In this document: positions 1 through 9,635 of the stretch, in pieces
Numbering within the stretch: position 1 is the stretch's first letter
Layout of the letters: each line of letters starts with the position of its first letter
NCBI GenBank assembly: GCA_028286885.1
Contig: JAQBQS010000003.1
Location: 44,607-108,606, forward strand
Length of the DNA: 64,000 nucleotides
Direction: 5' to 3'
DNA from: Patescibacteria group bacterium
GTDB taxonomy: Bacteria; Patescibacteriota; Minisyncoccia; Phycocordibacterales; UBA1006
Made by a program: the position numbers and the translations under genes
The notes under the pieces: model-generated
Databases searched by the model: none
Told to the model about the DNA's origin: nothing
Seen by the model: only the letters and a program-made list of their open reading frames with translations

Positions 1-20
1 TATACTTGTCGTAACCTTTT

Positions 21-1520
21 ATGCCAACTTCCGAAAGTCTTATCATCCTCCGGGACTTCATCTATCCGCTCCTTGTCGCCACGGCGGCTATTTGGGCTCC
101 GCTTTTGATCGGATCGGTCATCTTGCAGTGGTGGCTCGAATACGTCCGCAAGGAAACTGTTGCCAAGGCGAAGTGGACGATGCTCGAAATCAAGATCCCG
201 AAAGAAGTTATGAAAAGCCCGGCAGCGCTCGAGCTCGTACTGACGAGCATGCATGCCGAGACGAAGCCGCCTCTCTTTACGCCGAACGTTCCGACGAAGT
301 GGACGAAGCTCGCAAGCGAGTTTGGAAAATTTTACGCGGCGCTGTGGCTCGGGGCATGGCCACTATGGTGGTCGCTTGAGATCGCTTCGATTGAAGGGAA
401 TATCTATTTCTTCGCACGTGTAGAACCTAAAAATAGACTTGCTGTTGAGAACTTGTTCTACTCGCAGTTTCCTCAGGCGGAAATTACGGAAACAGATGAC
501 TACACAAAATATGTTCCTCCGTTCAAAGCCGGCAACGGCTGGGATTTGCGCGGATGCGAATACAAACTGAAAGAAACGTTCGATGGAGACAAGAAAGAAG
601 CCGGCGACAAGAAGCTCAAGATGCCCGTGGACGCGCTGCCGATCAAGACATATATCGAATACGGATTAAATGATGCGTTCAACTTAGAGGAAGAGCAAAA
701 GATTGATCCACTCGTGTCGCTTTTGCAAGTCATGGGAGCGCTTGGCCAAGGTGAGCAGGCGTGGGTTCAGATTGTAATCCAAGGCTCGTGGGCGAGGTTC
801 GAGAATCCGAATTTGGAAAAGCGAGGTGAAAAGCCGTTTGTTTTCTGGCAGGATGTTGGAAAATATTACATCGACGATGTCATCTTGAAACCGTGGAGAG
901 GATTCATCATCAAGCCAGTGCCGGCAAAAGCGGAGAAGAAAGATAAACTTTCTGGTGAAGTAACCCAAGAGGCCCAGGATGAAGTCAAAGGCGTCCAAGA
1001 CACCGGATTCAAAAACGTTCCCGAGCGCGAGAAAGGAAAGCTCGAATCGACCGAGCGCAACATGCAGAAGCCCGGATACGACACGGGTATTCGCATCGTG
1101 TATCTGGGATACGGAGCTTCGTTCAAAGTTGGACGATTGGGCGAACTCAAAGGCGCATTCAAGCAGTTCAACGCAGCGAACCTGAATTCATTTGAGGTAA
1201 CCAACGGAACCGACGACGGATTTGATTTTCCTTGGCAGGATTACAAAGATCTGCGCAAGCTCAATAATCGCGAAAAAATGTTCAAGCGATACGTTAAACG
1301 AGAATTCTTCTATCCGCCAGAAATGGGCGCGACGCTCGCTTTGAAAAAGGTCATTGACGCGCCGCTTGTCAAAGGAACCCTCAAGCCGCCTGAAATTTCA
1401 GTTTTGACAACCGAGGAGCTCGCGACCATTTTCCATTTCCCGGGAACCGTCGCAAGGACGTCGGGACTCACGCGTGTCGAGGCGCAAAAAGCCGAGCCGC
1501 CTTCAAATCTCCCTATTTAA
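21..1520 (+). CDS. Conserved hypothetical membrane-anchored protein of a type common in CPR genomes
   Basis: 499-aa ORF; N-terminal TM helix; motifs LEIKIPK, SLEIAS, ELATIFHFP and C-terminal EPPSNLP recalled from CPR hypotheticals often found near VirB4/TraG-like ATPases. Confidence 0.6.
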   Translation: MPTSESLIILRDFIYPLLVATAAIWAPLLIGSVILQWWLEYVRKETVAKAKWTMLEIKIPKEVMKSPAALELVLTSMHAETKPPLFTPNVPTKWTKLASEFGKFYAALWLGAWPLWWSLEIASIEGNIYFFARVEPKNRLAVENLFYSQFPQAEITETDDYTKYVPPFKAGNGWDLRGCEYKLKETFDGDKKEAGDKKLKMPVDALPIKTYIEYGLNDAFNLEEEQKIDPLVSLLQVMGALGQGEQAWVQIVIQGSWARFENPNLEKRGEKPFVFWQDVGKYYIDDVILKPWRGFIIKPVPAKAEKKDKLSGEVTQEAQDEVKGVQDTGFKNVPEREKGKLESTERNMQKPGYDTGIRIVYLGYGASFKVGRLGELKGAFKQFNAANLNSFEVTNGTDDGFDFPWQDYKDLRKLNNREKMFKRYVKREFFYPPEMGATLALKKVIDAPLVKGTLKPPEISVLTTEELATIFHFPGTVARTSGLTRVEAQKAEPPSNLPI

Positions 1521-1524
1521 TTTC

Positions 1525-2547
1525 ATGGAAGTTCCTGATATTACAAATTACGAAGGTTCGGCTCCTCCCCCTGCTAAGGGGGAGGCTGGGAGGGGGTTTG
1601 AAAATACAAACCCCCTCCTAACCCTCCCCTTAGCAGGTGAGGGAACAGGACAGCCGAAATCGCGCAAACGCAGGTTTGCGTTTTTTGGCTTAGTCGCGGG
1701 ACTTGCCGCCATTGTCGTTATTTCGTTCGGAATCGCCGGACGTCCTCCCTCTGACTTTGTTCCCGAAACGGTGGTTGTTATTCCCGGCAATGCATCTACA
1801 AAATCAGCCGGCGACATTCTCGTTAAAAATCACATCATCAGGTCGAGCAGCATCTTCCAGGCCATCATCCAAACGATCCTCGGCGATCGCCCCGTCATCG
1901 CCGGACAGTTCCAGTTTGACAAACCGGTCAGCGTCCTGAAAGCCGCGCAAATCGTTACGGGCGGATCATTCGGACGTACGCAGATCAAGCTTACAATTCC
2001 CGAAGGTTCAAGCAATGCCGACATTTCAAAAATCGTTCTCAAGCAGATTCCGGATTTCAATGAGAAAACATTTCTCAAGAATTCAGGACCATTCCAAGGA
2101 AACTTGTTCCCTGAGACGTATTTAGTTTTCAAAACCATTACTCCTGACGAATTGATTGCACGAATGCGGCAGGAATTCGACAAGAAAATTTCAGCGCTCA
2201 AGTCTGATATTTCGGCATCGAGACATGATCAAGAAGACCTCGTAAATATGGCTGCCATCTTGGAGAAAGAAGCCAAGAATTCAAGTGACGCTGCGCGCAT
2301 CGCGGGAATTCTGTGGCACCGCATTGCAATCGGAATGCCGCTTCAAGTAGATGCCGCGCCTGTAACATACAAGGAAAAAGGATTTCCGAAAGTGCCGATC
2401 GGCAATCCCGGCGTTGCGATGATCAATGCGGCGATTCATCCCGTTTCATCCGACTATTTGTATTATCTGTACGACAAGAAAGGCGTGATCCATTATGCCA
2501 AGACGTACGCGGGGCATCAGGCGAACATCGAAAAATATCTGAGGTAA
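1525..2547 (+). CDS. mltG: Endolytic transglycosylase MltG (YceG family)
   Basis: TM helix then IPEG, LFPETY, AAILEKEA (catalytic Glu), GMPLQVDA, PIGNPG, YLYY motifs; ATG 1525 follows the upstream stop. Confidence 0.9.
   Translation: MEVPDITNYEGSAPPPAKGEAGRGFENTNPLLTLPLAGEGTGQPKSRKRRFAFFGLVAGLAAIVVISFGIAGRPPSDFVPETVVVIPGNASTKSAGDILVKNHIIRSSSIFQAIIQTILGDRPVIAGQFQFDKPVSVLKAAQIVTGGSFGRTQIKLTIPEGSSNADISKIVLKQIPDFNEKTFLKNSGPFQGNLFPETYLVFKTITPDELIARMRQEFDKKISALKSDISASRHDQEDLVNMAAILEKEAKNSSDAARIAGILWHRIAIGMPLQVDAAPVTYKEKGFPKVPIGNPGVAMINAAIHPVSSDYLYYLYDKKGVIHYAKTYAGHQANIEKYLR
1560..1646. repeat. REP-like palindromic doublet inside the mltG 5' coding region
   Basis: CTCCCCCTGCTAAGGGGGAGGCTGGGAGGGGG ... 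CCCCCTCCTAACCCTCCCCTTAGCAGGTGAGGG; the two halves are inverted copies and resemble the repeats flanking the DUF559 gene. Confidence 0.75.
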
Positions 2548-2594
2548 TCCTCGGATTTTTTGTTTTAAAAATTCCGTGCTACGATGTCATCCAT

Positions 2595-3134
2595 ATGAAG
2601 GAAAAGAAACTCGCGTTTATCGACCTCGAAACGACCGGATTTGATCCGTTGACGCAGGAAGTCATCGAGATCGGCTGCCTCTTCGCAAAATTAAACGAGA
2701 ATGGAATTTACGAGGAGCTCGACTCATTCGAGCTCAAGGTGAAGCCGGAACACATTGAAACAGCGGACCGCGAGGCGCTCCGCATCAACCGCTACAGCGA
2801 CGAGGACTGGTTGTTTGCTCACACCCAGAAGGAAGCCTTCACAATGCTCGCGCAGAAATGCGAAGGATGCGTTCTGGTTGCGCAAAACACGCCGTTTGAC
2901 TACGGATTTCTGCAGGCCGGATTCTCGCGAAACGGCCTAAAAGATCCGTTCTTCTTTGCAAAGCTCGATACCATCTCGCTCGCATATTTACGATTTAGGA
3001 AGGATCCCGAGATGAACAACTTTTCGCTCAAGGCGCTTTGCGAGAGATACGGAATCAAGAATGAGAAAGCGCACAGCGCGCTCGCTGACATCCGCGTTAC
3101 GTTTGAGGTGTTCAAGAAATTGATGGGGCAGTAA
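2595..3134 (+). CDS. DEDDh 3'-5' exonuclease (DnaQ-like)
   Basis: FIDLETTG, AQNTPFD, LDT, HSALAD motifs; start reassigned to ATG 2595. Confidence 0.9.
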   Translation: MKEKKLAFIDLETTGFDPLTQEVIEIGCLFAKLNENGIYEELDSFELKVKPEHIETADREALRINRYSDEDWLFAHTQKEAFTMLAQKCEGCVLVAQNTPFDYGFLQAGFSRNGLKDPFFFAKLDTISLAYLRFRKDPEMNNFSLKALCERYGIKNEKAHSALADIRVTFEVFKKLMGQ

Positions 3135-3175
3135 GGCTCCTTTTTTTCTTGCCAAAAGTATGATAGTGTTGCCGC

Positions 3176-4252
3176 ATGTTTTCATGGTTTTTGAAGAAAA
3201 ATAAAATAGGAAAAGGAAAGAAAGCCTTCGTCGGAGTTTCCGGCGGCGTCGATTCGTCCGTGTCGGCGGCGCTCTTGATCGAGCAGGGATACGACGTTGT
3301 CGGTGTTTTCATCAGGACATGGCAGCCCGATTGGATCCCGTGCACTTGGAAGGACGAGCGGCGAGATGCAATGCGCGTATGCGCTCACTTGAACATTCCG
3401 TTTGTTGAACTTGATTTGGAACAAGAATACAAGAAAGGCGTTGCCGACTATATGATCGCTGAATATAAATCAGGCCGTACGCCGAATCCCGATGTCATGT
3501 GCAACCGTGAGGTAAAGTTCGGAGGATTTTTGAACTGGGCGCTCGAGCATGGAGCAGATCATGTCGCGACAGGTCACTATGCAAGAAACGATGGTCAATT
3601 GATGAAGGGAGTTGATCCGTCAAAAGACCAGTCCTATTTTTTGTGGATGCTCACAAAAGAGCAGCTTTCAAAAATTCTGTTTCCCATCGGCCATCTTGAA
3701 AAATCAGATGTGCGAAAACTTGCTGAAAAATTCAAGTTGCCCACAGCGACCAAAAAAGATTCACAAGGGATCTGCTTCATCGGTGAAATCGATATGAAGG
3801 AATTCTTGAGACATTATATTGACATAAATCCCGGAGATGTTTTGAATATCGACGGAGAAAAAATAGGAACGCACGATGGTTCATTGTTTTACACTCTCGG
3901 AGAAAGGCACGGTTTCGTCATTTCTAAAAAAACGACGCGCGACATGCCGTACTATGTCGTCGAAAAAAATATCGACAAGAATACGATTACCGTATCTCAG
4001 GACCCCGCAAGCTTTGAGAATTCGACTGATGTTATCTTGCGTGATTGCGTATGGCGAGAAAAAATAATTTCCGATAAAAAATACGATGCCCAAATCCGCT
4101 ATCACGGGCATTTAAAGCCAGGTATTCTTGTTCAAGGAGTACAAGGGGAATGGATCGTACATTTTGATGAGTCAGATTTCTCGCTTTCACCGGGACAATC
4201 GGTTGTCGTGTATGACGGCGATGTTTGCGTCGGCGGGGGAATCGTGAAATAA
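3176..4252 (+). CDS. mnmA: tRNA 2-thiouridylase MnmA
   Basis: SGGVDSS, TPNPDVMCN, ATGHYA, KDQSYFL, KKDSQGICF, PGQSVV. Confidence 0.97.
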   Translation: MFSWFLKKNKIGKGKKAFVGVSGGVDSSVSAALLIEQGYDVVGVFIRTWQPDWIPCTWKDERRDAMRVCAHLNIPFVELDLEQEYKKGVADYMIAEYKSGRTPNPDVMCNREVKFGGFLNWALEHGADHVATGHYARNDGQLMKGVDPSKDQSYFLWMLTKEQLSKILFPIGHLEKSDVRKLAEKFKLPTATKKDSQGICFIGEIDMKEFLRHYIDINPGDVLNIDGEKIGTHDGSLFYTLGERHGFVISKKTTRDMPYYVVEKNIDKNTITVSQDPASFENSTDVILRDCVWREKIISDKKYDAQIRYHGHLKPGILVQGVQGEWIVHFDESDFSLSPGQSVVVYDGDVCVGGGIVK

Positions 4253-4262
4253 TGCAAGAATC

Positions 4263-5333
4263 ATGCGGTTTTTTCGCGCCTTTGCAAAGACTTCTTTTGT
4301 CATTCTTGCTCTCATCGGGCTTGCCTTCGTAGGCGTGTTTGTCAGCATGCAATTCGGCTGGACGAACGTGCGCGGAACGATTGCCGAAAGGAATAATTCC
4401 TTCTTTAAGAATATTCCCAAAACTGCTTCGGCAAACAGCAATTCAAGCCAGGCAGTGATTTTGTGCAAGGTTCACGCGCTTGCGAACTTTGCCCCGCAGA
4501 CAGCGCAAAATATCGAGAATGCTTACCAGCAAACTAACGATGGCAGTCTCGCGTCTGCGATGTTTTCCGTCGCAGCGCTTCGTTTCGCGGGGACGTCGCT
4601 CCAATCAAATTTTGACATGTGCGCTACGGCAACCGTGCCGGATTTGACTCCTGTAACCCAGACGGCGTACGCATGGGCGGATTCTGCCGAGTGGGGAGTC
4701 ATGAAGTCCGCATTTGTCCGCGATCAGGATACGATCAATCGCGCGGCGCGCGATGCCGGCATCTCGCCGCGATTGCTTCTCGGAGGAATTATCGGCGAAC
4801 AGTTCCGTTTCTTCACGAGCGAGCGCGATTCGTTCAAGCAGTATTTCGAGCCGTTGAAAGTCCTCGCGTCTCTTTCGAAATTTTCATACGGAATTGCGGG
4901 ACTGAAGCCTGAAACGGCGCAGCTCATCGAAGACCACTTGCATGATTCGACCTCGGTATTTTATTTAGGGTCGGAAATGGAAAATGTCATTGCGTATCCG
5001 GACGGCTCTGATCATGACACGGTTCGATTCGACCGAATCACCGATACCAAGAATACCTACTATTCATATTTGTACGCAGGGCTTTTCATGCGCGAAGTTA
5101 CGAACCAATGGAAGGCGGCGGGGTACGATATTGCCGAGCGTCCCGATGCGCTCTCGACACTCTACAATCTCGGATTCAATCGCTCGATTCCGAAGCCCGA
5201 TCCGGCGGCGGGAGGAGCGCCGATTACGGTCAACGGACAACTTTATAATTTCGGCGACTTGGGGTACCAGTTCTATTATTCAGGGGAATTGATTCAAGAA
5301 TTTCCCTATGTTTCGAGTTCGCCTTCTCAATAA
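4263..5333 (+). CDS. Membrane-anchored protein with a probable lysozyme-like/lytic transglycosylase fold
   Basis: N-terminal TM; GISPRLLLGGIIGEQ, SYGIAGLKPETA, LYNLG resemble SLT motifs. Confidence 0.5.
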   Translation: MRFFRAFAKTSFVILALIGLAFVGVFVSMQFGWTNVRGTIAERNNSFFKNIPKTASANSNSSQAVILCKVHALANFAPQTAQNIENAYQQTNDGSLASAMFSVAALRFAGTSLQSNFDMCATATVPDLTPVTQTAYAWADSAEWGVMKSAFVRDQDTINRAARDAGISPRLLLGGIIGEQFRFFTSERDSFKQYFEPLKVLASLSKFSYGIAGLKPETAQLIEDHLHDSTSVFYLGSEMENVIAYPDGSDHDTVRFDRITDTKNTYYSYLYAGLFMREVTNQWKAAGYDIAERPDALSTLYNLGFNRSIPKPDPAAGGAPITVNGQLYNFGDLGYQFYYSGELIQEFPYVSSSPSQ

Positions 5334-5403
5334 AAAATAAAAAAGATTTTTGTTATCCACAAAAATCTTTTTTTGTTGCAACTTCGTGCTGTATACTTGT
5401 CGC

Positions 5404-5955
5404 ATGAATATCAGCTCTTTCGTTATGCAGACATTTGATGCACCATTTCTTCTTATCATGGCCAAGCTCGCAGTCGCGATGCTCTTGGGGCTTGTCCTCG
5501 GACTCGAGCGCGTCTATGCGCACAAGACGGCCGGAATGCGAACGTACGCGCTCGTCGCGCTCGCTTCCGCCGCGTTCATAACGGTGTCAGTATTTATCGG
5601 AGACCATTTCATGCAGTTTGCCGCGGGTTTCAATCCGGCATTTATCGCAGGCGAGATTGTTGTCGGTGTCGGATTCCTCGGAGCGGGACTTATCATCTTC
5701 AAAGACGGGCATATTGAAAACCTGACAACGGCAGGAGGACTTTGGATCTGTGCCGGCATCGGCATGATGTGCGGATTCGGCATGATCAGAGAGGCTATCT
5801 TTACCGGAGTTCTCACATTTTTCGTCATGGGAGTCCTGTCGGTTGTCGAGCGCAGAATCCGCCTTCATTATTTCCCGGATCCGGTATTTGAAGCCGCGCT
5901 CATCGCCGAGAAAAAGCCCCGCAAAAAGCGAGTTGTAAAAGTTCCTGTGCAATAG
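5404..5955 (+). CDS. MgtC/SapB family membrane protein
   Basis: GLER...AGMRTY, GVGFLGAG, LTTAGGLW. Confidence 0.92.
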   Translation: MNISSFVMQTFDAPFLLIMAKLAVAMLLGLVLGLERVYAHKTAGMRTYALVALASAAFITVSVFIGDHFMQFAAGFNPAFIAGEIVVGVGFLGAGLIIFKDGHIENLTTAGGLWICAGIGMMCGFGMIREAIFTGVLTFFVMGVLSVVERRIRLHYFPDPVFEAALIAEKKPRKKRVVKVPVQ

Positions 5956-5997
5956 TACACTTTATCCGTTAGCAATTAATAATTTTTCATAATACTC

Positions 5998-6420
5998 ATG
6001 TCTATTTTCCTTTTGACGCTCATCGCAGCCGTCGTTTCACAGATCCTTTCAGCAATCTGGTACATGTCGCTCTTCGGCAAGAAGTGGGGTATGGCTATCG
6101 GACACCCAATGCCTACTACAGAGGACAAGAAGATGGGAATAAAGCAGATGGCATGGCCTCTTGTTATCGGATTCGTAGGGCATCTCCTCGCGGCATTCGT
6201 AACGTTCCTGATCCTTGCCGGATTCGGAGCCAACACCATCGGGCAGGCCCTCATTACTGTCGCCGTTCTCTTTGTCGGATTCTCAATTCCTCAGGTTGCC
6301 GGCGCAGTCATGTGGAAGGGATTCACGACCAAGCAGCAGTGGATGCAGTTCGGCATCACGATCGGATTCCAGGCAATCAACTTTGTGGTCTGGGCGCTCA
6401 TCTTCGTTTGGCTCGTATAA
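5998..6420 (+). CDS. DUF1761-like four-TM membrane protein
   Basis: AIWYMSLFGKKW motif and four hydrophobic helices. Confidence 0.7.
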   Translation: MSIFLLTLIAAVVSQILSAIWYMSLFGKKWGMAIGHPMPTTEDKKMGIKQMAWPLVIGFVGHLLAAFVTFLILAGFGANTIGQALITVAVLFVGFSIPQVAGAVMWKGFTTKQQWMQFGITIGFQAINFVVWALIFVWLV

Positions 6421-6518
6421 TATTTCAAGAAAGCAGGCCGCAAGGCTTGCTTTTTGCATGTAAATAATGTTAAATCATGGCAAATAATTCCATAATAAAG
6501 CGATTAAAAATATAAAAC

Positions 6519-7055
6519 ATGAGCGAAGAAAAAGTTCCCATATTCTCTTGGGAAGAATTTCTCAAGAATGTCAGGTTGCAAGCCGAATCTTTAGCGATCG
6601 ACATACGGCACGATCCTCATTTGGCTCCGTACTATCTATTTGCAGAGTTTCATCGCAGGTATCCTCAGCAGATAGAATTTACGAAAAATCATTCCGTTGA
6701 TTGCGCCATGATTCATCTCTTTCCCGATTTGAATTATTCGATCGATGGCGTTCCTCAAGGTTGGCTCCGCGTCTCGCGCCATGGCGAGAAAAGCTCGACG
6801 TTGGAGTTTTTTTCGAGAGGGAGGCCCGGAGATGGCATTCAGGATTCTCTTTCAATCAGCTTGGTTGCAGGATTTTTCAAAGAAAACGCAATGACTCATA
6901 ATGAAAAGCCAGGAAAGCCGTCGCTTCGATTCCAAATTCATGACGAGGATGCGCCGCTTAATCTGGACGATGAAATGCTGCTCAAGCATGTTCGCATACC
7001 GTTTCGTCTGGTAAATGAAATGATGGATATTTTCGGAGGATTGTTTAAAAAGTGA
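6519..7055 (+). CDS. Hypothetical protein
   Basis: 178-aa ORF bounded by hairpin terminators, A-rich leader. Confidence 0.65.
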   Translation: MSEEKVPIFSWEEFLKNVRLQAESLAIDIRHDPHLAPYYLFAEFHRRYPQQIEFTKNHSVDCAMIHLFPDLNYSIDGVPQGWLRVSRHGEKSSTLEFFSRGRPGDGIQDSLSISLVAGFFKENAMTHNEKPGKPSLRFQIHDEDAPLNLDDEMLLKHVRIPFRLVNEMMDIFGGLFKK

Positions 7056-7115
7056 AACAAGTCAGGCGGGCGCAAGCCTGCTTTTTTTCTTGCCAAAAAC
7101 TGCTATAGTTTCCGC

Positions 7116-8891
7116 ATGAAAACGACATGGAATCTGGAACTCTTATATAAATCTCCCGAAGATCCGCAGATTGAAAAGGACATCAAGCTGATTGTTTCGG
7201 CGTGCAAGAAATTCGAGAAGAAGTGGAAAGGGACGAATGCATATTTCAAAAGCGATAAAATTCTGGCGGAAGCGCTTAAAGATTACGCAAAGCTGTATGA
7301 AACGATCGGGCAGCAGAAGCCGAGTCAGTATTTTCACCTTTTAAACGATACTCAATTGAATCATCCGACCGCGAAGGCGCGCCTGATGCAGATCGAGCAG
7401 TCCATGACGGAAGCCTGGAACCGGATTATTTTCTTCGACCTGGAGCTTGCGAAAATTCCACCAAAGGACCAGAAGAAATTTTTAAGCAGCGCCATTTTAA
7501 AACAATACCGTTATCATCTTGAAAAAATATTCAAGTCTGCGAAGTATGAGCTTTCTGAATCCGAACAAAAGATTTTAAATCTCACTGAACAGACAAGTTA
7601 CGAAATATGGACAAGCGGTGTAAAAAAGATGCTGTCAGAGCAGAAAATTCTGTTTGGAGGCAAGGAAATGGGAATGAGCGAAGCGGCAGGAATCAGCCCT
7701 TCGCTTCCGCGAGAAGATCGTGAAAATATTTACAATCAAATCATTGAAGCTACAAAACGGGTTGCTCCGTTTGCGGAAAGCGAGATGAACGCCGTACTGA
7801 CAATCAAGAAAATAAAAGACGATCTCAAGGGGTATAAGCATCCTTACTCGTCATCAATTCTTTCAAAACAAAATGATGAAAAGGCGATCATTCGGTTTTC
7901 AAAAATCGTGACAAATCACTTTCCGATCGCTCATCGTTTTTACGCATTGAAGAAAAAAATGCTCGGCATGAAGGAACCGATGAGGATATTTGATGTCAGT
8001 GCCGACCCTGGAAAAGTAAGCAGAAAGTTTTCATTCGACGAGTCGGTGAAAATTGTCAGGGCGGCCTTCGCTTCGATAGATCCCCAATTCGTGGAGGTGT
8101 TTGATTCCTTCTTGCAAAACGGTCAGATCGACGCTTTTCCGAGGTTGAATAAAAGGGCTGGCGGGTACTGCGCGAGCAGCCACGGATTGCCGACATTTAT
8201 TCTATTGAACCATACTGAAAATTTTGATTCCGTAAGAACCTTGGCGCACGAAATGGGACACGCGTTCCATGCGGAATTTTCAAGAAGCCAGCCGGCATTC
8301 TACGAATCATGTACGCTTTCCACCGCTGAAGTCGCCAGCACTTTCTTCGAGAATGTGGCGTTCGACAAAATATTCGAAACTCTTTCGGAAGAAGAAAAAA
8401 TAATCGCTCTTCATGACAAGGTATCAAGCAGTCTCGCTTCGGTATTCTTGCAGATTGCCGGATTCAATTTTGAAGTCGAGCTGCATGAGACGCTGCGCAA
8501 AGAAGGATTTGTTTCAAAAGAAAAAATGTCCGAATTGATGCTCAAGCATCGCGCATCGTATTTCGGTTCCGCTGCAAAACTCGATCGGGACGACGGTCTA
8601 CTCTGGGTCAGATGGCAGCATATGCGCTATTATTTCTATGTCTACACCTACGCTTACGGCGAGCTCATCTCGAGCGCCATGTATGCCAAATACAAAGAGG
8701 ACAAGTCATTCGTCAAGAAACTGAAACAGTTCCTGTCCGCGGGAGGTTCCGATACGCCTGAAAACATTTTCAAGTCGATTGGTATCGATACTACGAAAGA
8801 TGAGTTCTGGATTGCTGGAATAAAGAATATTGAAGCAGATGTTATCAAACTTGAAAAACTGGTGAACAAGAATACAAAGAAAAATAAATAA
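7116..8891 (+). CDS. pepF: M3 family oligoendopeptidase F
   Basis: WNLELLY start, TLAHEMGHAFH zinc motif, AEVASTFFE, HMRYYFYVYTYAYG. Confidence 0.92.
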   Translation: MKTTWNLELLYKSPEDPQIEKDIKLIVSACKKFEKKWKGTNAYFKSDKILAEALKDYAKLYETIGQQKPSQYFHLLNDTQLNHPTAKARLMQIEQSMTEAWNRIIFFDLELAKIPPKDQKKFLSSAILKQYRYHLEKIFKSAKYELSESEQKILNLTEQTSYEIWTSGVKKMLSEQKILFGGKEMGMSEAAGISPSLPREDRENIYNQIIEATKRVAPFAESEMNAVLTIKKIKDDLKGYKHPYSSSILSKQNDEKAIIRFSKIVTNHFPIAHRFYALKKKMLGMKEPMRIFDVSADPGKVSRKFSFDESVKIVRAAFASIDPQFVEVFDSFLQNGQIDAFPRLNKRAGGYCASSHGLPTFILLNHTENFDSVRTLAHEMGHAFHAEFSRSQPAFYESCTLSTAEVASTFFENVAFDKIFETLSEEEKIIALHDKVSSSLASVFLQIAGFNFEVELHETLRKEGFVSKEKMSELMLKHRASYFGSAAKLDRDDGLLWVRWQHMRYYFYVYTYAYGELISSAMYAKYKEDKSFVKKLKQFLSAGGSDTPENIFKSIGIDTTKDEFWIAGIKNIEADVIKLEKLVNKNTKKNK

Positions 8892-8894
8892 GGT

Positions 8895-8937
8895 AATAAA
8901 ATAAAAAGCAACCTACTAGGTTGCTTTTTATTTTATT
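8895..8937. terminator. Long inverted repeat, probable bidirectional terminator
   Basis: AATAAAATAAAAAGCAACCT/AGGTTGCTTTTTATTTTATT. Confidence 0.8.
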
Positions 8938-8982
8938 CGTGGTATTCTTGGCAAGAAGATTTTAAAACAAAAAAGTGCAGCG

Positions 8983-9255
8983 ATGATAGTAATAACAGTC
9001 AAATTTCCATTTCACAAAGGTTTCGATCCTTCTCTTTTTAAGGATGAATATTCAAAGATGATAGGAACTATTTTTAACCTTACATGCGAATATAGCACCG
9101 AAGGAAAGGGTGCCAAGAAAACCCAAGTTATCAAACTGAGGTGCAAGAAAGTTGTAAATGACAGAGCGCAAATCAAAAGCTCTTTTCAGACGCTCGTTAA
9201 AAGAGAAACGAAGCAGAAAAGTGTGGAGATCAACCTTTCGATGAAGGAGAGATAA
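8983..9255 (+). CDS. Small hypothetical protein
   Basis: 90-aa ORF between two hairpins. Confidence 0.6.
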   Translation: MIVITVKFPFHKGFDPSLFKDEYSKMIGTIFNLTCEYSTEGKGAKKTQVIKLRCKKVVNDRAQIKSSFQTLVKRETKQKSVEINLSMKER

Positions 9256-9324
9256 GTTTTCTCAAAGGCAGGCCTTTAGGCTTGCTTTTTTACTTGGATA
9301 TGATATAAAAATTAAAACTAAAGC

Positions 9325-9585
9325 ATGGATAAAATTAAAGAAGCTGAAGATTTCCAAAAGAAAATAAAGGAAATTCTGAAAGCAAACAACGTATCAAACG
9401 GAATTCCTCTCATCGAGCAAGCTTTTGAGAAATTGAGTATATTTCCTTATTTCAATCGGTATAATTCTCCGGGTTATTATGGAGTTGATATTGCATTCTC
9501 AAACAGAAGCTATTCGTTTGCTTGCAAAGAAAAAAGTTTTTTAGGGTGGAGATGGTGGAGCGTGAAAATTGTCTATGAAAATTGA
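9325..9585 (+). CDS. Small hypothetical protein
   Basis: 86-aa ORF with -10-like element upstream and hairpin downstream. Confidence 0.6.
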   Translation: MDKIKEAEDFQKKIKEILKANNVSNGIPLIEQAFEKLSIFPYFNRYNSPGYYGVDIAFSNRSYSFACKEKSFLGWRWWSVKIVYEN

Positions 9586-9635
9586 AGCCGGAATGCCGGC
9601 TTTTTTTATGCGCCAAAATATGCTACATTTTCGCA

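Noticed and set aside
6421-9607. Classical integron attC array
   Set aside because: The hairpins lack RYYYAAC/GTTRRRY ends and no IntI is present; kept only as a cassette-like hypothesis.
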